Shown piece by piece: positions 1-13,367 of a DNA stretch of 64,000 nt. The DNA is from a virus. The translations under genes and the position numbers were made by a program. Under the pieces are notes generated by a model. The model saw only the letters and a program-made list of their open reading frames with translations, was not told the origin of the DNA and searched no databases. The first letter of the stretch is position 1; each line of letters begins with the position of its first letter. The stretch lies in the IMG/VR virus record IMGVR_UViG_3300047551_001153, positions 13,600 through 77,599 of that record; one strand, 5' to 3'.

Positions 1-167
1 TTCAGATTGCGCCTGACCTCTTCGTAGTCCTTGTCGGCATCCTGAGACTGGTACTCGCCCGTGAGGGCTTTGGGAGGCTCTACGGGGGCGAGTGGCTTCT
101 CCTCAACGACCTCTGGGAGGTTGATGTCGAGAGCCTTCGCAATATTCATATCAGACTTGTTGTTCAT
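1..167 (-). CDS. gp16: Terminase small subunit, N-terminal part (runs off the left end)
   Basis: Not in the ORF track. Manual translation from ATG 167: MNNKSDMNIAKALDINLPEVVEEK...DADKDYEEVRRNL, matching the gp16 'DYEY.R.NL' motif. Lies directly after gp15. Confidence 0.8.
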   Translation of the reverse strand, partial: MNNKSDMNIAKALDINLPEVVEEKPLAPVEPPKALTGEYQSQDADKDYEEVRRNL

Positions 168-173
168 GGTTCA

Positions 174-1001
174 CTATCCGTTCGGGTATTCCGTGATCGT
201 TATGGTAGCCTTGTCGCCTGTTCCGCCTGTTGGCCCCGGCCCTGTCACCGAAATAAAGTAACTTCCCGCCGTAACGCCTGCCTTTGGAACAGCATTGATA
301 TTGGCGTATGTCGGACCAGTCGCATTGAGCCACTTGGTATCGAATATATTGACATTCGATGCCGTAATAACACGCTGAGTTTTCACAGGTCCGTATAGAT
401 AAACTTTAGCGACAAATTGCATATTTGCTAAAGTAACTTTTCTGCTCGCATAATCACCATAACTTCCGTCATCACCATCGTTCAATGTGGCGGATGAAAA
501 TACGATTGGAATATCCACATCTTGATCCGTATTGTCAACCGCCTTTATGGTGAATGTATACTCTGGACCAAAGTAGGGCAAAATCTGCTCCATTATTTGG
601 AGAGCATCATCCATCGTCTTACTCATGACACTGACCGTAAATGTCAAGTTATAGGGAACACGCTCATATCTCTTGTACAACTTATCACGACTGGATGAAT
701 AGTAGGCCGCAGTCTGTTGAATGGTATTTAATTTGCGAGTTGAGTCATATTGAAAATTTGTTATCTCAAATGCGATGCGGGGAAGGTAGGTTTCCAATCG
801 AATTTGATTTTTGTCAAAATCATCACCGATGCGATCTAAGCGACGAAGAAATTTTTGCTGTGGGCCATATGCAACTGGAACCTTAAATCTCTCGATTTCG
901 ACCCCGTTTTCGTCCTTACGAGAGATGTATATCTCGTTGAATAGCGATGCAAACGCTATTACAACTTTTCTGATAGTTCCGTGATAGAAATATTCAAACA
1001 T
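174..1001 (-). CDS. gp15: Tail sheath stabilizer / tail terminator
   Basis: 'YFYHGTIRK..IAF..LFN', 'VPVAYGP.QKFL', 'LPRIAFEIT...YD..RK', 'QI.EQILPYF.P'; synteny gp13-14-15-16. Confidence 0.95.
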   Translation of the reverse strand: MFEYFYHGTIRKVVIAFASLFNEIYISRKDENGVEIERFKVPVAYGPQQKFLRRLDRIGDDFDKNQIRLETYLPRIAFEITNFQYDSTRKLNTIQQTAAYYSSSRDKLYKRYERVPYNLTFTVSVMSKTMDDALQIMEQILPYFGPEYTFTIKAVDNTDQDVDIPIVFSSATLNDGDDGSYGDYASRKVTLANMQFVAKVYLYGPVKTQRVITASNVNIFDTKWLNATGPTYANINAVPKAGVTAGSYFISVTGPGPTGGTGDKATITITEYPNG

Positions 1002-1004
1002 TTA

Positions 1005-1907
1005 TCAGGGGTCTCCAAACGGGTTCTTCTCACTGAAGTTGATGATCTGATCTGCTTCTGATTCAATTTCATCGTTCTTCGACTCGCTAAGTATTCCCAT
1101 CTTGTCATCCGCTGTAGATACACTTGCCCAAATGCTTTGGTCAGATTTAGTTATGTAGGAGGTCGCCGCTCCGCCTGTGACCCAAAGGCCAGATAGGTCG
1201 GCAACAGAAAGTACTTGCGGAGATTGTTTGTTGTCAACCGAGATGACTGTCCCGCTTGCGGTTTTCGTCCTTTGAGTCGCACCCGAAAGTCCTCCCGTAA
1301 ACGATCCATTCTCGTATTGATGTACGATATCACCCTTCGCAAAAGTTCCTGTTCCATATGTTTGCCCCAGAGTAACGAGCAACTTGTAGCCCGTCTCCTG
1401 ATTGATGACATCAATCTCGGGAACGCCCGTAGCGAACTTCTCCTCGCTGTACTGGAAGAGTTCACAGGTCAACTGGTACGAAAACAACTTGCCCAGTTGA
1501 TAGAAGGGGTTCTCATGCTCCACGAACTTGATCTCGAACAATCCTCTATTGAGGGGCAGGTACAACAGGTCTCCTTCCAAGGGTCTCTGTTTTCCTGTCT
1601 CTCGTGTAAACCGCTTGCGGGACACGGTGAACTTCACGCTGTCCCGAATCTCAAATCCGAACTTCGTAAATGTGTCGCCACCCTCGAACGCCGTGGTGGT
1701 GTCCATGTACATCTCGATCATCTTGAACTTGGTGAAACGGGAGTAGCGAGACTCACCGAAGAAATCGTCACGCTTCACCAACTCACGAGGAATGTAAAAC
1801 ATCTCCTGCCCGTGAATCTTGATGGCTTCAATCGTCAAGTCCTCCACCAGATTACGCTCTGGGAAGTAGGTCTTGTCATTCACCCGAATGTATGGATTGA
1901 GTGCCAA
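1005..1907 (-). CDS. gp14: Neck protein
   Basis: 'E.IKIHG...YIPR', 'KFG.EIRD', 'RP.EGDL.Y.PL...LFEIKFVEHE.PFYQLGK', C-terminal 'FSEKNPFG'. Confidence 0.95.
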   Translation of the reverse strand: MALNPYIRVNDKTYFPERNLVEDLTIEAIKIHGQEMFYIPRELVKRDDFFGESRYSRFTKFKMIEMYMDTTTAFEGGDTFTKFGFEIRDSVKFTVSRKRFTRETGKQRPLEGDLLYLPLNRGLFEIKFVEHENPFYQLGKLFSYQLTCELFQYSEEKFATGVPEIDVINQETGYKLLVTLGQTYGTGTFAKGDIVHQYENGSFTGGLSGATQRTKTASGTVISVDNKQSPQVLSVADLSGLWVTGGAATSYITKSDQSIWASVSTADDKMGILSESKNDEIESEADQIINFSEKNPFGDP

Positions 1908-1917
1908 ATGATTCTCC

Positions 1918-2727
1918 TTATCCCATCATGAAGTCGGCGGGAAGTTCATACTTGTTGATAATGTCTTTTTCAATTGTATCAATTTCAGCCACAGCCTCCG
2001 TGTACATAGTCTTGCCATCAAGAGTGATGTCGCCTGGTAGTTTGATTCCCGAATATTTTGACAGATTCTGACCCCACTGTCGCTTGAAAAGGGCAACAGC
2101 ATATTTCTTGAGAAGACGATCCTCATAAATTTCGGGGTAGATACGGGGGTCAAGAATACGATAGCATTCTATGATGAGATACATACCCGCCGAAACACTT
2201 GATGCCCATTGCATATCAATATAGAGCCTGTTTTGAACACGATTGAATCTGACGCTCTTGTCAGGACTCAAATATTGACGAAGCAGAGTAAGGTATTGCT
2301 GAGTGAGGTCATACTGAACAAGGTCAATGGTTCCGAAGGTATACAAGTCGTTCAATGCGTATTGATAGCGAATGTCAAACATACCGACTGATTGCTGAGT
2401 AAACGGGAAGATACGGGTCACGCTTGTGACCAAATCTTCCAAATAAACATTCTCACCGTCAACCGATGTGAACTGTCGCTCGGATGCGGAGAAACCTGTA
2501 TTGTCCGCCTTCATCTCAATGTAGCCGTTTGAGATGTCCTGAGCGGTGACCTGATACTTCAGGTAGACCTTTTCCACGCCGTCGAAGTGATATTCAGAGA
2601 AGAATCGCAGGGCATCATCAAGACGGTCTTCAACCTGTTCATCCGCTATGTTTACTTCGATTACGGGTTCGCCGAGTGCCCTTAGGCAGTACTGTCTCAG
2701 TCCTTCCCTTGACCTTATCTGCGCCAT
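1918..2727 (-). CDS. gp13: Neck protein
   Basis: 'YCLR.LG.PVIEVN...QVEDR.DDAL..F.EYHFDG', 'KRQWGQNL.KY.G..LPG'. Confidence 0.95.
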   Translation of the reverse strand: MAQIRSREGLRQYCLRALGEPVIEVNIADEQVEDRLDDALRFFSEYHFDGVEKVYLKYQVTAQDISNGYIEMKADNTGFSASERQFTSVDGENVYLEDLVTSVTRIFPFTQQSVGMFDIRYQYALNDLYTFGTIDLVQYDLTQQYLTLLRQYLSPDKSVRFNRVQNRLYIDMQWASSVSAGMYLIIECYRILDPRIYPEIYEDRLLKKYAVALFKRQWGQNLSKYSGIKLPGDITLDGKTMYTEAVAEIDTIEKDIINKYELPADFMMG

Positions 2728-3178
2728 CAGTGGTCTCCTTCAGGGGGTATTTATTCTTTATTTCAACCCTCTTGGCCTGAAGGTCCTCCACACCCGAATC
2801 TTTGGGATCTTTACCCTCAACAATGTGTTCCCAAAGGGCTACAATCAAGTCATTATATGATGGATATTCACCCATTCTGCATTCTTCGGGTCTGGCTATT
2901 TTACTGACCTCTTCATTGATCTCTTTGTCTTCTTTCTGCGTCAGCCGAATCAGGGTTGCGAAATCATTCTTTCTGGCGATATATCGGTCGCCATTCGGCC
3001 AGTTTGAGAGGGTGTTTGTGATACCATCAACACGAACTTTTAAAATTCCGTCTTTGTAGATAAGTGACTCCATACCCTTTGCGACTCCGTATTGCGGTTC
3101 CAATACGAGAAAGAGCGAAAGGGGGATTTCCAAATCATCAATATAAATCGTTTCGCCGATGTGTTTGAAAGTTGCCAT
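2639..3178 (-). CDS. Hypothetical fibre-associated protein (possible tail fibre assembly protein)
   Basis: Follows a fibre gene; has the 'EYPS..D..ALW...IKNKYP' pattern typical of such genes; 3' end overlaps gp13 by 89 nt. Confidence 0.55.
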   Translation of the reverse strand: MATFKHIGETIYIDDLEIPLSLFLVLEPQYGVAKGMESLIYKDGILKVRVDGITNTLSNWPNGDRYIARKNDFATLIRLTQKEDKEINEEVSKIARPEECRMGEYPSYNDLIVALWEHIVEGKDPKDSGVEDLQAKRVEIKNKYPLKETTDGADKVKGRTETVLPKGTRRTRNRSKHSG

Positions 3179-6634
<3,456 letters not shown>

Positions 6635-6682
6635 CTTTTATCCTCGAATGATAGGATTATTTAGACAGCATTACACATCCCC

Positions 6683-7846
6683 TTATGCCTTTTCAGACAA
6701 CAAAGCCTCTGAAGCAAACTTGAGGTTTGCCTCAATCCTATCTTTCTGATCGGGTGGGAACTTATTGTCCTTGAGGAGTTGAATGGAAGCCATTCGGGAT
6801 TCGTAGTAATGCTCTGTCCAGTAAGCCGAAATCGCAAATTCATCCAAAATAGCCCAATCGTAAATAGACTGTCCGACAAACAACGCACCTTCGGGGTATC
6901 TGATTTTTAGGGCTTGCTTGGCGAAGCGGTAAGCCTGATCCCAACGGCAGTAGTTTCGGCAGAGACGAGCCGCCGCCCAAAGGCTTTCGGCACGCCACGG
7001 GGCCACCTGATACGCTTGGAAGTACATACGGATGATCTCGTCAAACTCCTTCTTCAGGATTTCCATGATGCGACCCGCTTGGTAGTAGGAGTAGAACACT
7101 TCCTCGTTCCAACCGCCCAGTTCGGCTCGCTTGATATACGCATCAAGTGACTTCTCCCATTGCTGAGAATCACGATAGGACTGGGCGAGGTAGAAGTGAT
7201 AACGATTGAAGTCTTTCTCTTCGACCTTGCCAGAAGCAAGGGCGTTCTCAAAAGTCACGGCATCCTTGGCGTATTTGTCAGCCGACTTGGATCGGTTTCC
7301 GTCCTGAATAGGGGTATTGATGAACCCACGAGCGAAGTCACGAGTCTCGATGGGGTCGTGGCAGTCAACATATTCATGAAGAACACCACGATAGTAGAAC
7401 TTCTTGTGGTTAGAGGTCAACTGAGGGCGGTGATACTTAGTCTGGCCGTATACCGCAAAAACATTGTAAAGGTCGGCGGTGAGACTTTCCTTGAACTTAT
7501 CAGGATCAAATCCCGAATCATACACAAGAATTTCATCAGCATCAATCATCAGACTATAGTCATGTCCCGTCTTTTGGGCATAATTCAGAGCCTCAGAGCG
7601 ATTGGTTCCGAAGTCCGTCCAAGTGGACTGGTGAAGTTCTCCCTTGATGCCGTTACGGTCAAAGAAGTCCTTGATTTTTTGCTGAGTTCCGTCTGTCGAA
7701 CCCGTATCAACAATCACCCAATAATCAATAACTGGAAGAACGGATGAAAGACAACGCTCAATAACATGAGCCTCGTCCTTTACAATCATGCAGAGATTTA
7801 CCGTCTTTTTCTTTCCACTCACATTGATACTAAAATTATCATTCAT
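6683..7846 (-). CDS. Glycosyltransferase family 2 with C-terminal TPR repeats (SunS-like architecture)
   Basis: 'LCMIVKDEA..IERCL.SV', 'IVDTGSTDGT', 'W.DFG.NR..AL', 'IDADE' (DxD), 'Y.GVLHEY', TPR 'RY.FYLAQSYRD'. Start 7846 is preceded by GGAG; 7861 is an alternative. Confidence 0.92.
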   Translation of the reverse strand: MNDNFSINVSGKKKTVNLCMIVKDEAHVIERCLSSVLPVIDYWVIVDTGSTDGTQQKIKDFFDRNGIKGELHQSTWTDFGTNRSEALNYAQKTGHDYSLMIDADEILVYDSGFDPDKFKESLTADLYNVFAVYGQTKYHRPQLTSNHKKFYYRGVLHEYVDCHDPIETRDFARGFINTPIQDGNRSKSADKYAKDAVTFENALASGKVEEKDFNRYHFYLAQSYRDSQQWEKSLDAYIKRAELGGWNEEVFYSYYQAGRIMEILKKEFDEIIRMYFQAYQVAPWRAESLWAAARLCRNYCRWDQAYRFAKQALKIRYPEGALFVGQSIYDWAILDEFAISAYWTEHYYESRMASIQLLKDNKFPPDQKDRIEANLKFASEALLSEKA

Positions 7847-7922
7847 CGCAAATTTCTCCATTTTGTTGTGCGATTGTGCAGATGTATATAGGCGGGAAGA
7901 ATCAAATGACTTTCAATTATCT

Positions 7923-8288
7923 TCAGATTTTTGTAACCTCTGGATAAACCGTAATCATTCCCTGAACCACTCGATATACTTTTGTTGGTGGGATTCCATT
8001 TCCTGCACCATCTTTGGGGGTGATGTGCAATTCAACATCATAAAAATAGACTCCACCTTTCACTCCAGAAGATCCTGTAGCACTCAAAGAAACAAGAATC
8101 TCTCCTGTACTACCTGTAATTGTAGTATTGAAAGTAACTGCTGATGTAGAGGAATAATGCTTCCTCATCTGACAAAAAGCAGTCGCACCGCCTGTAATAG
8201 CAACGGCAAAACCATCGCTGTCTTTGCGAGTTGCAACGAAACTGAAGTCAGTTCCTTGGTCAAGATCGTAGTTGATGCTAATTGCCAT
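7923..8288 (-). CDS. Small virion structural protein (conserved in T4-like fibre regions)
   Basis: 'DQGTDF', 'QMRKHYSS', 'G.YFYDVE', 'RVVQG.ITV.PEVT'. Confidence 0.7.
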   Translation of the reverse strand: MAISINYDLDQGTDFSFVATRKDSDGFAVAITGGATAFCQMRKHYSSTSAVTFNTTITGSTGEILVSLSATGSSGVKGGVYFYDVELHITPKDGAGNGIPPTKVYRVVQGMITVYPEVTKI

Positions 8289-8303
8289 TTTTCCTCTGAT
8301 TAC

Positions 8304-11300
8304 TTAACTGATTCTGCTTATTGTTACAGAGCAACCATTACTCCTAAATCTTCTATTTCCAGTACCACCTGCAATACCCGCAGGAACGCCGTTGGATGCT
8401 TCCCCACGAAGTGCGTAAAGAGTAAATACAACAGGATATCCTTGCCCTTGTAGGGGATCGTTGGCAAGACGAGGAAGAACTTGAATTTCCGTCATATCAA
8501 CCGAACTTGATCCTGGCAAATATCCATAACCTGCACCGCCGAGGTTTTCGTTCATAAATCTCAACTTGAGTTCACCTTGTCCGCTCAAAAGCCCCCCTTC
8601 AGCCGCAACCCATTGTAAATGCTTAACAACACAACTTCTGGCCGAACCACCACCTTGTTGTGGGAAATATTGAACATGGCCCTCCATTTTAATATTATAT
8701 GTCCCTGGATTAAGCGTTATTGTTTTTATAACATCAGCATCAGTTCCCGCATAGAACTGTGTAGTCATCTCTGCTGGGGGTGAACCAAACATATAAATAT
8801 TACTAATTCTCTGATCAACATAATCCTTGTTCGCCGCATCACATCCACTGGATGGTGCAGTCAGACCAGTGATTCTACCTCTGCATCCACCACGATTGTC
8901 AACAAATTCCAAAGTTGGGGCGGGGGTGGCTCTTTCATTTGTGACTGTATATGAACCATTCACATAACCCGCTGTATATCCGCCCAGAATCGTAACTTTA
9001 TTCAAAACTGGATCAACCGCAAAGGACGCACTGCCGTGTGCAGATCGGTTGGAAGATCGACCGTAGGCATCTCCAAATACTGTAAAGTCTCCGTTTACAA
9101 AAATCTCATGAGCAGAATCATAAGAATTTATGGATCTCGGATCAGCATTTGCAAAGGCACTAAGAATTGTGCGAGTGGGTCTTCCCTGTCCAAGCAAATC
9201 TTGATTTGTACTGATGTTGAATCCTCTAACTCCATTAACAGCAGGAATTCTGCCTGTCGGGTATAGAGGCGGTTCTGGAAGGATTGAACCCGTAATAGCG
9301 ACACCAATATCAGTAATTGCACGACTTATGCTGACTCTACCGCTTGAGGAAACTTCAAAATCCTCTGAGTTGAACATCGCCACACCAGTGACGGAGTATC
9401 CAGCCAAAGGTATGATTAGTCTCTTCTTGGCAATTTCCTGATCAACATACCACTTGTTTGTGGCCTTGTCATCTCTATCTGGTGCGGTAAGACCCTCGAT
9501 AATACCGATTGGATCACCGCTTACAAAATCTCCCTGTCTTGGATTGCGATTCAACAAAGAAATGGTGGGAGGCTCAAGGAGATTTATAGCAGAAATATCT
9601 GTATTTGCGGTTCCTCCACCAATAACTCTGAATCGAGAAAGTAGAGTATCAAATGTAAATGTTCCTCTATTATGTGCAGGAAGGATTACATTTCCGTCTG
9701 AACCCGTAAGGCCGTTTCCATAAATGCTCATGTCGCCACGGATGTGGACTTCCGTCTTTGCTCCAACTCCAGACGGTGTACTATCCGCAACAACGCTCAA
9801 TATCGTCTTTTCAGTTGGTGCTATGACTCCCGTTGCGGCGATGACATTAAACTGACCTGTTGGTCGGTTTCTACTTGCAGAAAATTCACCCGCAGGTAAG
9901 GCGTTGTAAATAAACTTGGACGCTGTGTCTGTGTAGAATTTATTTGTAGCGTATGAGTCTTGACCATCTTTAGGAGCGGTTAGACCAATTATTTGACCGA
10001 TTGGGAATGTATCTACATTCGGGGCTTGAATATTGGTAAATTTGAGTTTTGGAGGCTGAAGATTATTGACTGTAGAGCCGTGAATCGAAACTTGAGATAT
10101 CTTTGAATCAAGTTTGAATGCGACACCCGCATAGCCTCCACCCGTAAGGTTGTTTAGTGTAATTCCATCACTAAACACACTCAAATCACCATACATGAAA
10201 TTCTGCAAGACGCTATTAGATTCACTACCAATCAGACCTATATCCCAACGGCTGATAAACATTCCAGTAAATCCACCAGGTCTTCTCATTTGTGGATATG
10301 AGGATGGGATGTCGTGATAGACTCCCCAATCTCCATAGAATCCCGCCGAATATGGACTTACTTTGAAGTTTCCTTGGAGGGGATGGTAGCGATCATCATG
10401 ATTATGACCCGAAAGAATAAGAGCGGATAAACCACGCTTCGCACGGATAATCCAGTTAATCGTGGCATATGGTTGCATTACATCGAATGCTCTTCTGTTT
10501 ACACCACTGGCGAGTTGCGGTCCTAAATCGGTGTAGCGAACGGTTGACAGATTACTGGTTTCGCTGTTAGTAGCATTTCCGATTCCAACTATAGCACCAG
10601 ATCCGACAGAAACACCAGATGCTGTTCTGATTTCGTGTGAGTGGGCTGGGAGTTGATCAGCCGAAATGAACTTCAATCCTGCACCGCCGATGTCTCCCAA
10701 AGAAACATCCACACCAGCAAAAGACGCACCAGAATCCTTGGTTGAACCAATCAGGGTTCTGCTACGGAAATCTGGGAGGAAGAATATCGGATTACCCGTC
10801 TGACCCTGACCGGGAATGCGACCACGAAGTCTCAGAGTTCTTCCTGCGAGGGTTTGTGCGACATTGGAAACTACGATGCTGAATGAATTGACTGTTATGC
10901 GACCGTAGTTCACTCCTGCACCAACAGAGGCTACGATGGTGTTGGCATTGTAATAAATTCCGTTGACATTTACTTCAACCTGCAAGCAATCACCGACCTG
11001 AATATCATACGAATCGGTATTCGTAAGAACGATAGTCACGGGTCCAGTGGTGTAATCATTCGGAATTCGACCTTCAAGGTAGTAATTCTGACCAATGATC
11101 GCATACAACTCCGCCCATTCAGCCTTCAACAGTCTTGTACCGTCACACAACTTCCAACCATACGGTATGTCCGATATAGCACCAGAATATGGCATAACCA
11201 TACCGATTGGTATGACACCTGCCGAATCAACTATATCTGTCTCTTCACCAGAAACGATACCGAGGTAGTTTGCAACATATCCCGTATATGCGCTGAGAGC

Positions 11301-13160
11301 CAAAAGCATCGGCTTTCTAATTTGGCCAAGCGTGATTGGAAGAGGACCATCTGGATCTTTGATTAGAGACCCGTAATCATTTGAACTAAGATAATACACA
11401 TTTCCCGTGACAAGAGGGAACACATCCCAAATGTTAGATGAGGAATTTCCCGTAAGGCTGATGAATCCCTTGGTCACAACACATACTTCATTACCTGTTA
11501 CAGAACTAACAATACCAAGTGCTTCGGCTCTTTCGAATGTGTCCGCTCTTGCGAATGTAAGACTTCCATTGTCTGGATTCACTCGGACAACATCTCCGAT
11601 GACAAGACCGCTTGATGCCTGCGTAAAGCATTTCGTGATCGCTTCTGTTCCTTCGGGGAGCCAATCCCGTGCGATCTTTCCATTGCTCATTGAAATCGGA
11701 ATGGAGAATGGTGTGGCCCATGTTGTTCCATGTGCGCCGTCCAAGAAATCGCTATTGAATCCCTGTGCAAAAGTTGTGGTTGTGTTTGTGCCCTGTCCTG
11801 TCACAAATGCAGAACCAAATGTCTGACCAGACGCACCAGAAGCAATTTTGAAAAGAACCGATTCACTATCCGTAGTGCTTTTCTTGAAAATAAAGTTCAA
11901 AGGTTGGTGAGTAGCACCAGTTATTCCTCTATTATCGTGCTGAATTGCCCAATAACCATGGTGGCCATATTGTTGTTGACCAGTTGATCCACCGATTATG
12001 ATTTTCGGCTTTCCATCATCGAATCCCATGAACTGGAATGTGTTATTGACAGACGAGTCGCTATAACCATACGAGCGGAATTTCGATGCAATTATTGAAT
12101 TGCTACTTCCAGATACACCCAAATTGGATGTGGAAATGAAAGAGTTGTAAATGTCTTGATTGGGTCCCTCTTTGTAAACCCAAACTAACTCTTTGTCTCC
12201 AGACGCACCCTTAATCCTAATACCAGAAAAGTCTAAAAGATCATCGGTAAGGAACGCTGTCGTTGTAGTTGGGCCAGATACAACAGTAAAGTCCCACCTA
12301 CTACCCGGCCCATAAGGTCCAGTTACGCTCAGTTTTCCATCGGGTCTAATATCACCGACTCCGCCCTTCGTAAACTTGTGAAGTCGTATTTCGGTTTGAT
12401 CACCCGCAAAAGTAATCCCTTGAATTCTTGCGATTGATGAAGGAGTTGCAGTTCCACCCGATGTAGTATCATAATAGTAAAGAGTAAGACCGACTGCTGG
12501 AAAACCTAAATTATTTGGGGCAGTAATTCCAGTACAACCCACAGCAACGGTTTGTACATACGCCAACTCAATCAGAGAGTCCTCGACCGCCACCTCTCCT
12601 GAAGCAAGATTAGTTGCGTTTTCAACCGTCAAAGCACCGTTGATATACACATTACCATTAAACTCAAACCCATCTGGAAGGTAAACCTTCGGCGGAAGCA
12701 TTTGCTGTGCTTGTATTTTCTTCGGAGTTCCGCCGCCAACACCGAGAGTTCCATCGCTTACATCACTTACAATAAACCAGTCATTGAGTGCTGGGAAAGA
12801 TGAAGTTGGTCTTGTTCCAATAGCATCATCGTATCCGCTTCCTGCTTCCCAACCACTCAACCCCGTAACATCCAACATAATCGAGTTCAAATAATAGTTT
12901 GGTGTTGAGACACTTCCAAGTCCGATGCCTGGGCCAACCTGAGCCTTTATCGTAAGCAATCCACTATAGTTTCCATTCTGACAGGTGGACACACCAGTCA
13001 GACCACTATTAGTAAGTCCGACTTGGACATCGTAAATGTTGACCTTATTCAGGCTTGTAATGACTTCATTCGTTCTATCGTACCAAGTGTGAAAGGTATC
13101 GGAAAGAGCGAGAGGATTGATATTGATGAGGTCGCAGTTACCTGTGCAGGAACAAGACAT
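8304..13160 (-). CDS. Long tail fibre / baseplate-attached fibre with tail-collar domain
   Basis: N-terminal 'LSDTF..W...TNE', 'VEDSLIELA', collar 'PIG.VMPY.G..IP.GW.LCDG' and 'LPDFRSR', three 'I.GLTAP....A.NK.Y.D' repeats. Confidence 0.8.
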   Translation of the reverse strand: MSCSCTGNCDLININPLALSDTFHTWYDRTNEVITSLNKVNIYDVQVGLTNSGLTGVSTCQNGNYSGLLTIKAQVGPGIGLGSVSTPNYYLNSIMLDVTGLSGWEAGSGYDDAIGTRPTSSFPALNDWFIVSDVSDGTLGVGGGTPKKIQAQQMLPPKVYLPDGFEFNGNVYINGALTVENATNLASGEVAVEDSLIELAYVQTVAVGCTGITAPNNLGFPAVGLTLYYYDTTSGGTATPSSIARIQGITFAGDQTEIRLHKFTKGGVGDIRPDGKLSVTGPYGPGSRWDFTVVSGPTTTTAFLTDDLLDFSGIRIKGASGDKELVWVYKEGPNQDIYNSFISTSNLGVSGSSNSIIASKFRSYGYSDSSVNNTFQFMGFDDGKPKIIIGGSTGQQQYGHHGYWAIQHDNRGITGATHQPLNFIFKKSTTDSESVLFKIASGASGQTFGSAFVTGQGTNTTTTFAQGFNSDFLDGAHGTTWATPFSIPISMSNGKIARDWLPEGTEAITKCFTQASSGLVIGDVVRVNPDNGSLTFARADTFERAEALGIVSSVTGNEVCVVTKGFISLTGNSSSNIWDVFPLVTGNVYYLSSNDYGSLIKDPDGPLPITLGQIRKPMLLALSAYTGYVANYLGIVSGEETDIVDSAGVIPIGMVMPYSGAISDIPYGWKLCDGTRLLKAEWAELYAIIGQNYYLEGRIPNDYTTGPVTIVLTNTDSYDIQVGDCLQVEVNVNGIYYNANTIVASVGAGVNYGRITVNSFSIVVSNVAQTLAGRTLRLRGRIPGQGQTGNPIFFLPDFRSRTLIGSTKDSGASFAGVDVSLGDIGGAGLKFISADQLPAHSHEIRTASGVSVGSGAIVGIGNATNSETSNLSTVRYTDLGPQLASGVNRRAFDVMQPYATINWIIRAKRGLSALILSGHNHDDRYHPLQGNFKVSPYSAGFYGDWGVYHDIPSSYPQMRRPGGFTGMFISRWDIGLIGSESNSVLQNFMYGDLSVFSDGITLNNLTGGGYAGVAFKLDSKISQVSIHGSTVNNLQPPKLKFTNIQAPNVDTFPIGQIIGLTAPKDGQDSYATNKFYTDTASKFIYNALPAGEFSASRNRPTGQFNVIAATGVIAPTEKTILSVVADSTPSGVGAKTEVHIRGDMSIYGNGLTGSDGNVILPAHNRGTFTFDTLLSRFRVIGGGTANTDISAINLLEPPTISLLNRNPRQGDFVSGDPIGIIEGLTAPDRDDKATNKWYVDQEIAKKRLIIPLAGYSVTGVAMFNSEDFEVSSSGRVSISRAITDIGVAITGSILPEPPLYPTGRIPAVNGVRGFNISTNQDLLGQGRPTRTILSAFANADPRSINSYDSAHEIFVNGDFTVFGDAYGRSSNRSAHGSASFAVDPVLNKVTILGGYTAGYVNGSYTVTNERATPAPTLEFVDNRGGCRGRITGLTAPSSGCDAANKDYVDQRISNIYMFGSPPAEMTTQFYAGTDADVIKTITLNPGTYNIKMEGHVQYFPQQGGGSARSCVVKHLQWVAAEGGLLSGQGELKLRFMNENLGGAGYGYLPGSSSVDMTEIQVLPRLANDPLQGQGYPVVFTLYALRGEASNGVPAGIAGGTGNRRFRSNGCSVTISRIS

Positions 13161-13163
13161 GGA

Positions 13164-13367
13164 TTACTTCTTCCTTATTTCTTCTATTAGTAAACGGAGT
13201 TCGGCCAGTTCATTTTCGAGTTTATTTAGTCGTTCTCTATCCGATTCAATCTTTTTTCGCCTGTTTTCATATATGCGTATCGCATCTCTATCAACTGATA
13301 AAATCGCCCCAGTTGACTTATCACGAACGAGTCCAGAGTTGTTTTTTACTGGTATCTTTTCACTCAT
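13164..13367 (-). CDS. Small conserved coiled-coil protein following the VrlC-like gene
   Basis: 'LVRD..TGAI' plus C-terminal coiled coil; typical synteny. Confidence 0.7.
   Translation of the reverse strand: MSEKIPVKNNSGLVRDKSTGAILSVDRDAIRIYENRRKKIESDRERLNKLENELAELRLLIEEIRKK

Noticed and set aside
6683-7846. GT as a T4-style DNA (hmC) glucosyltransferase
   Set aside because: T4 alpha/beta-gt are GT-B fold, while this is GT-A plus TPR in a late structural operon. No base-modification genes are in the window, and restriction-type sites appear avoided. Not excluded for the rest of the genome.
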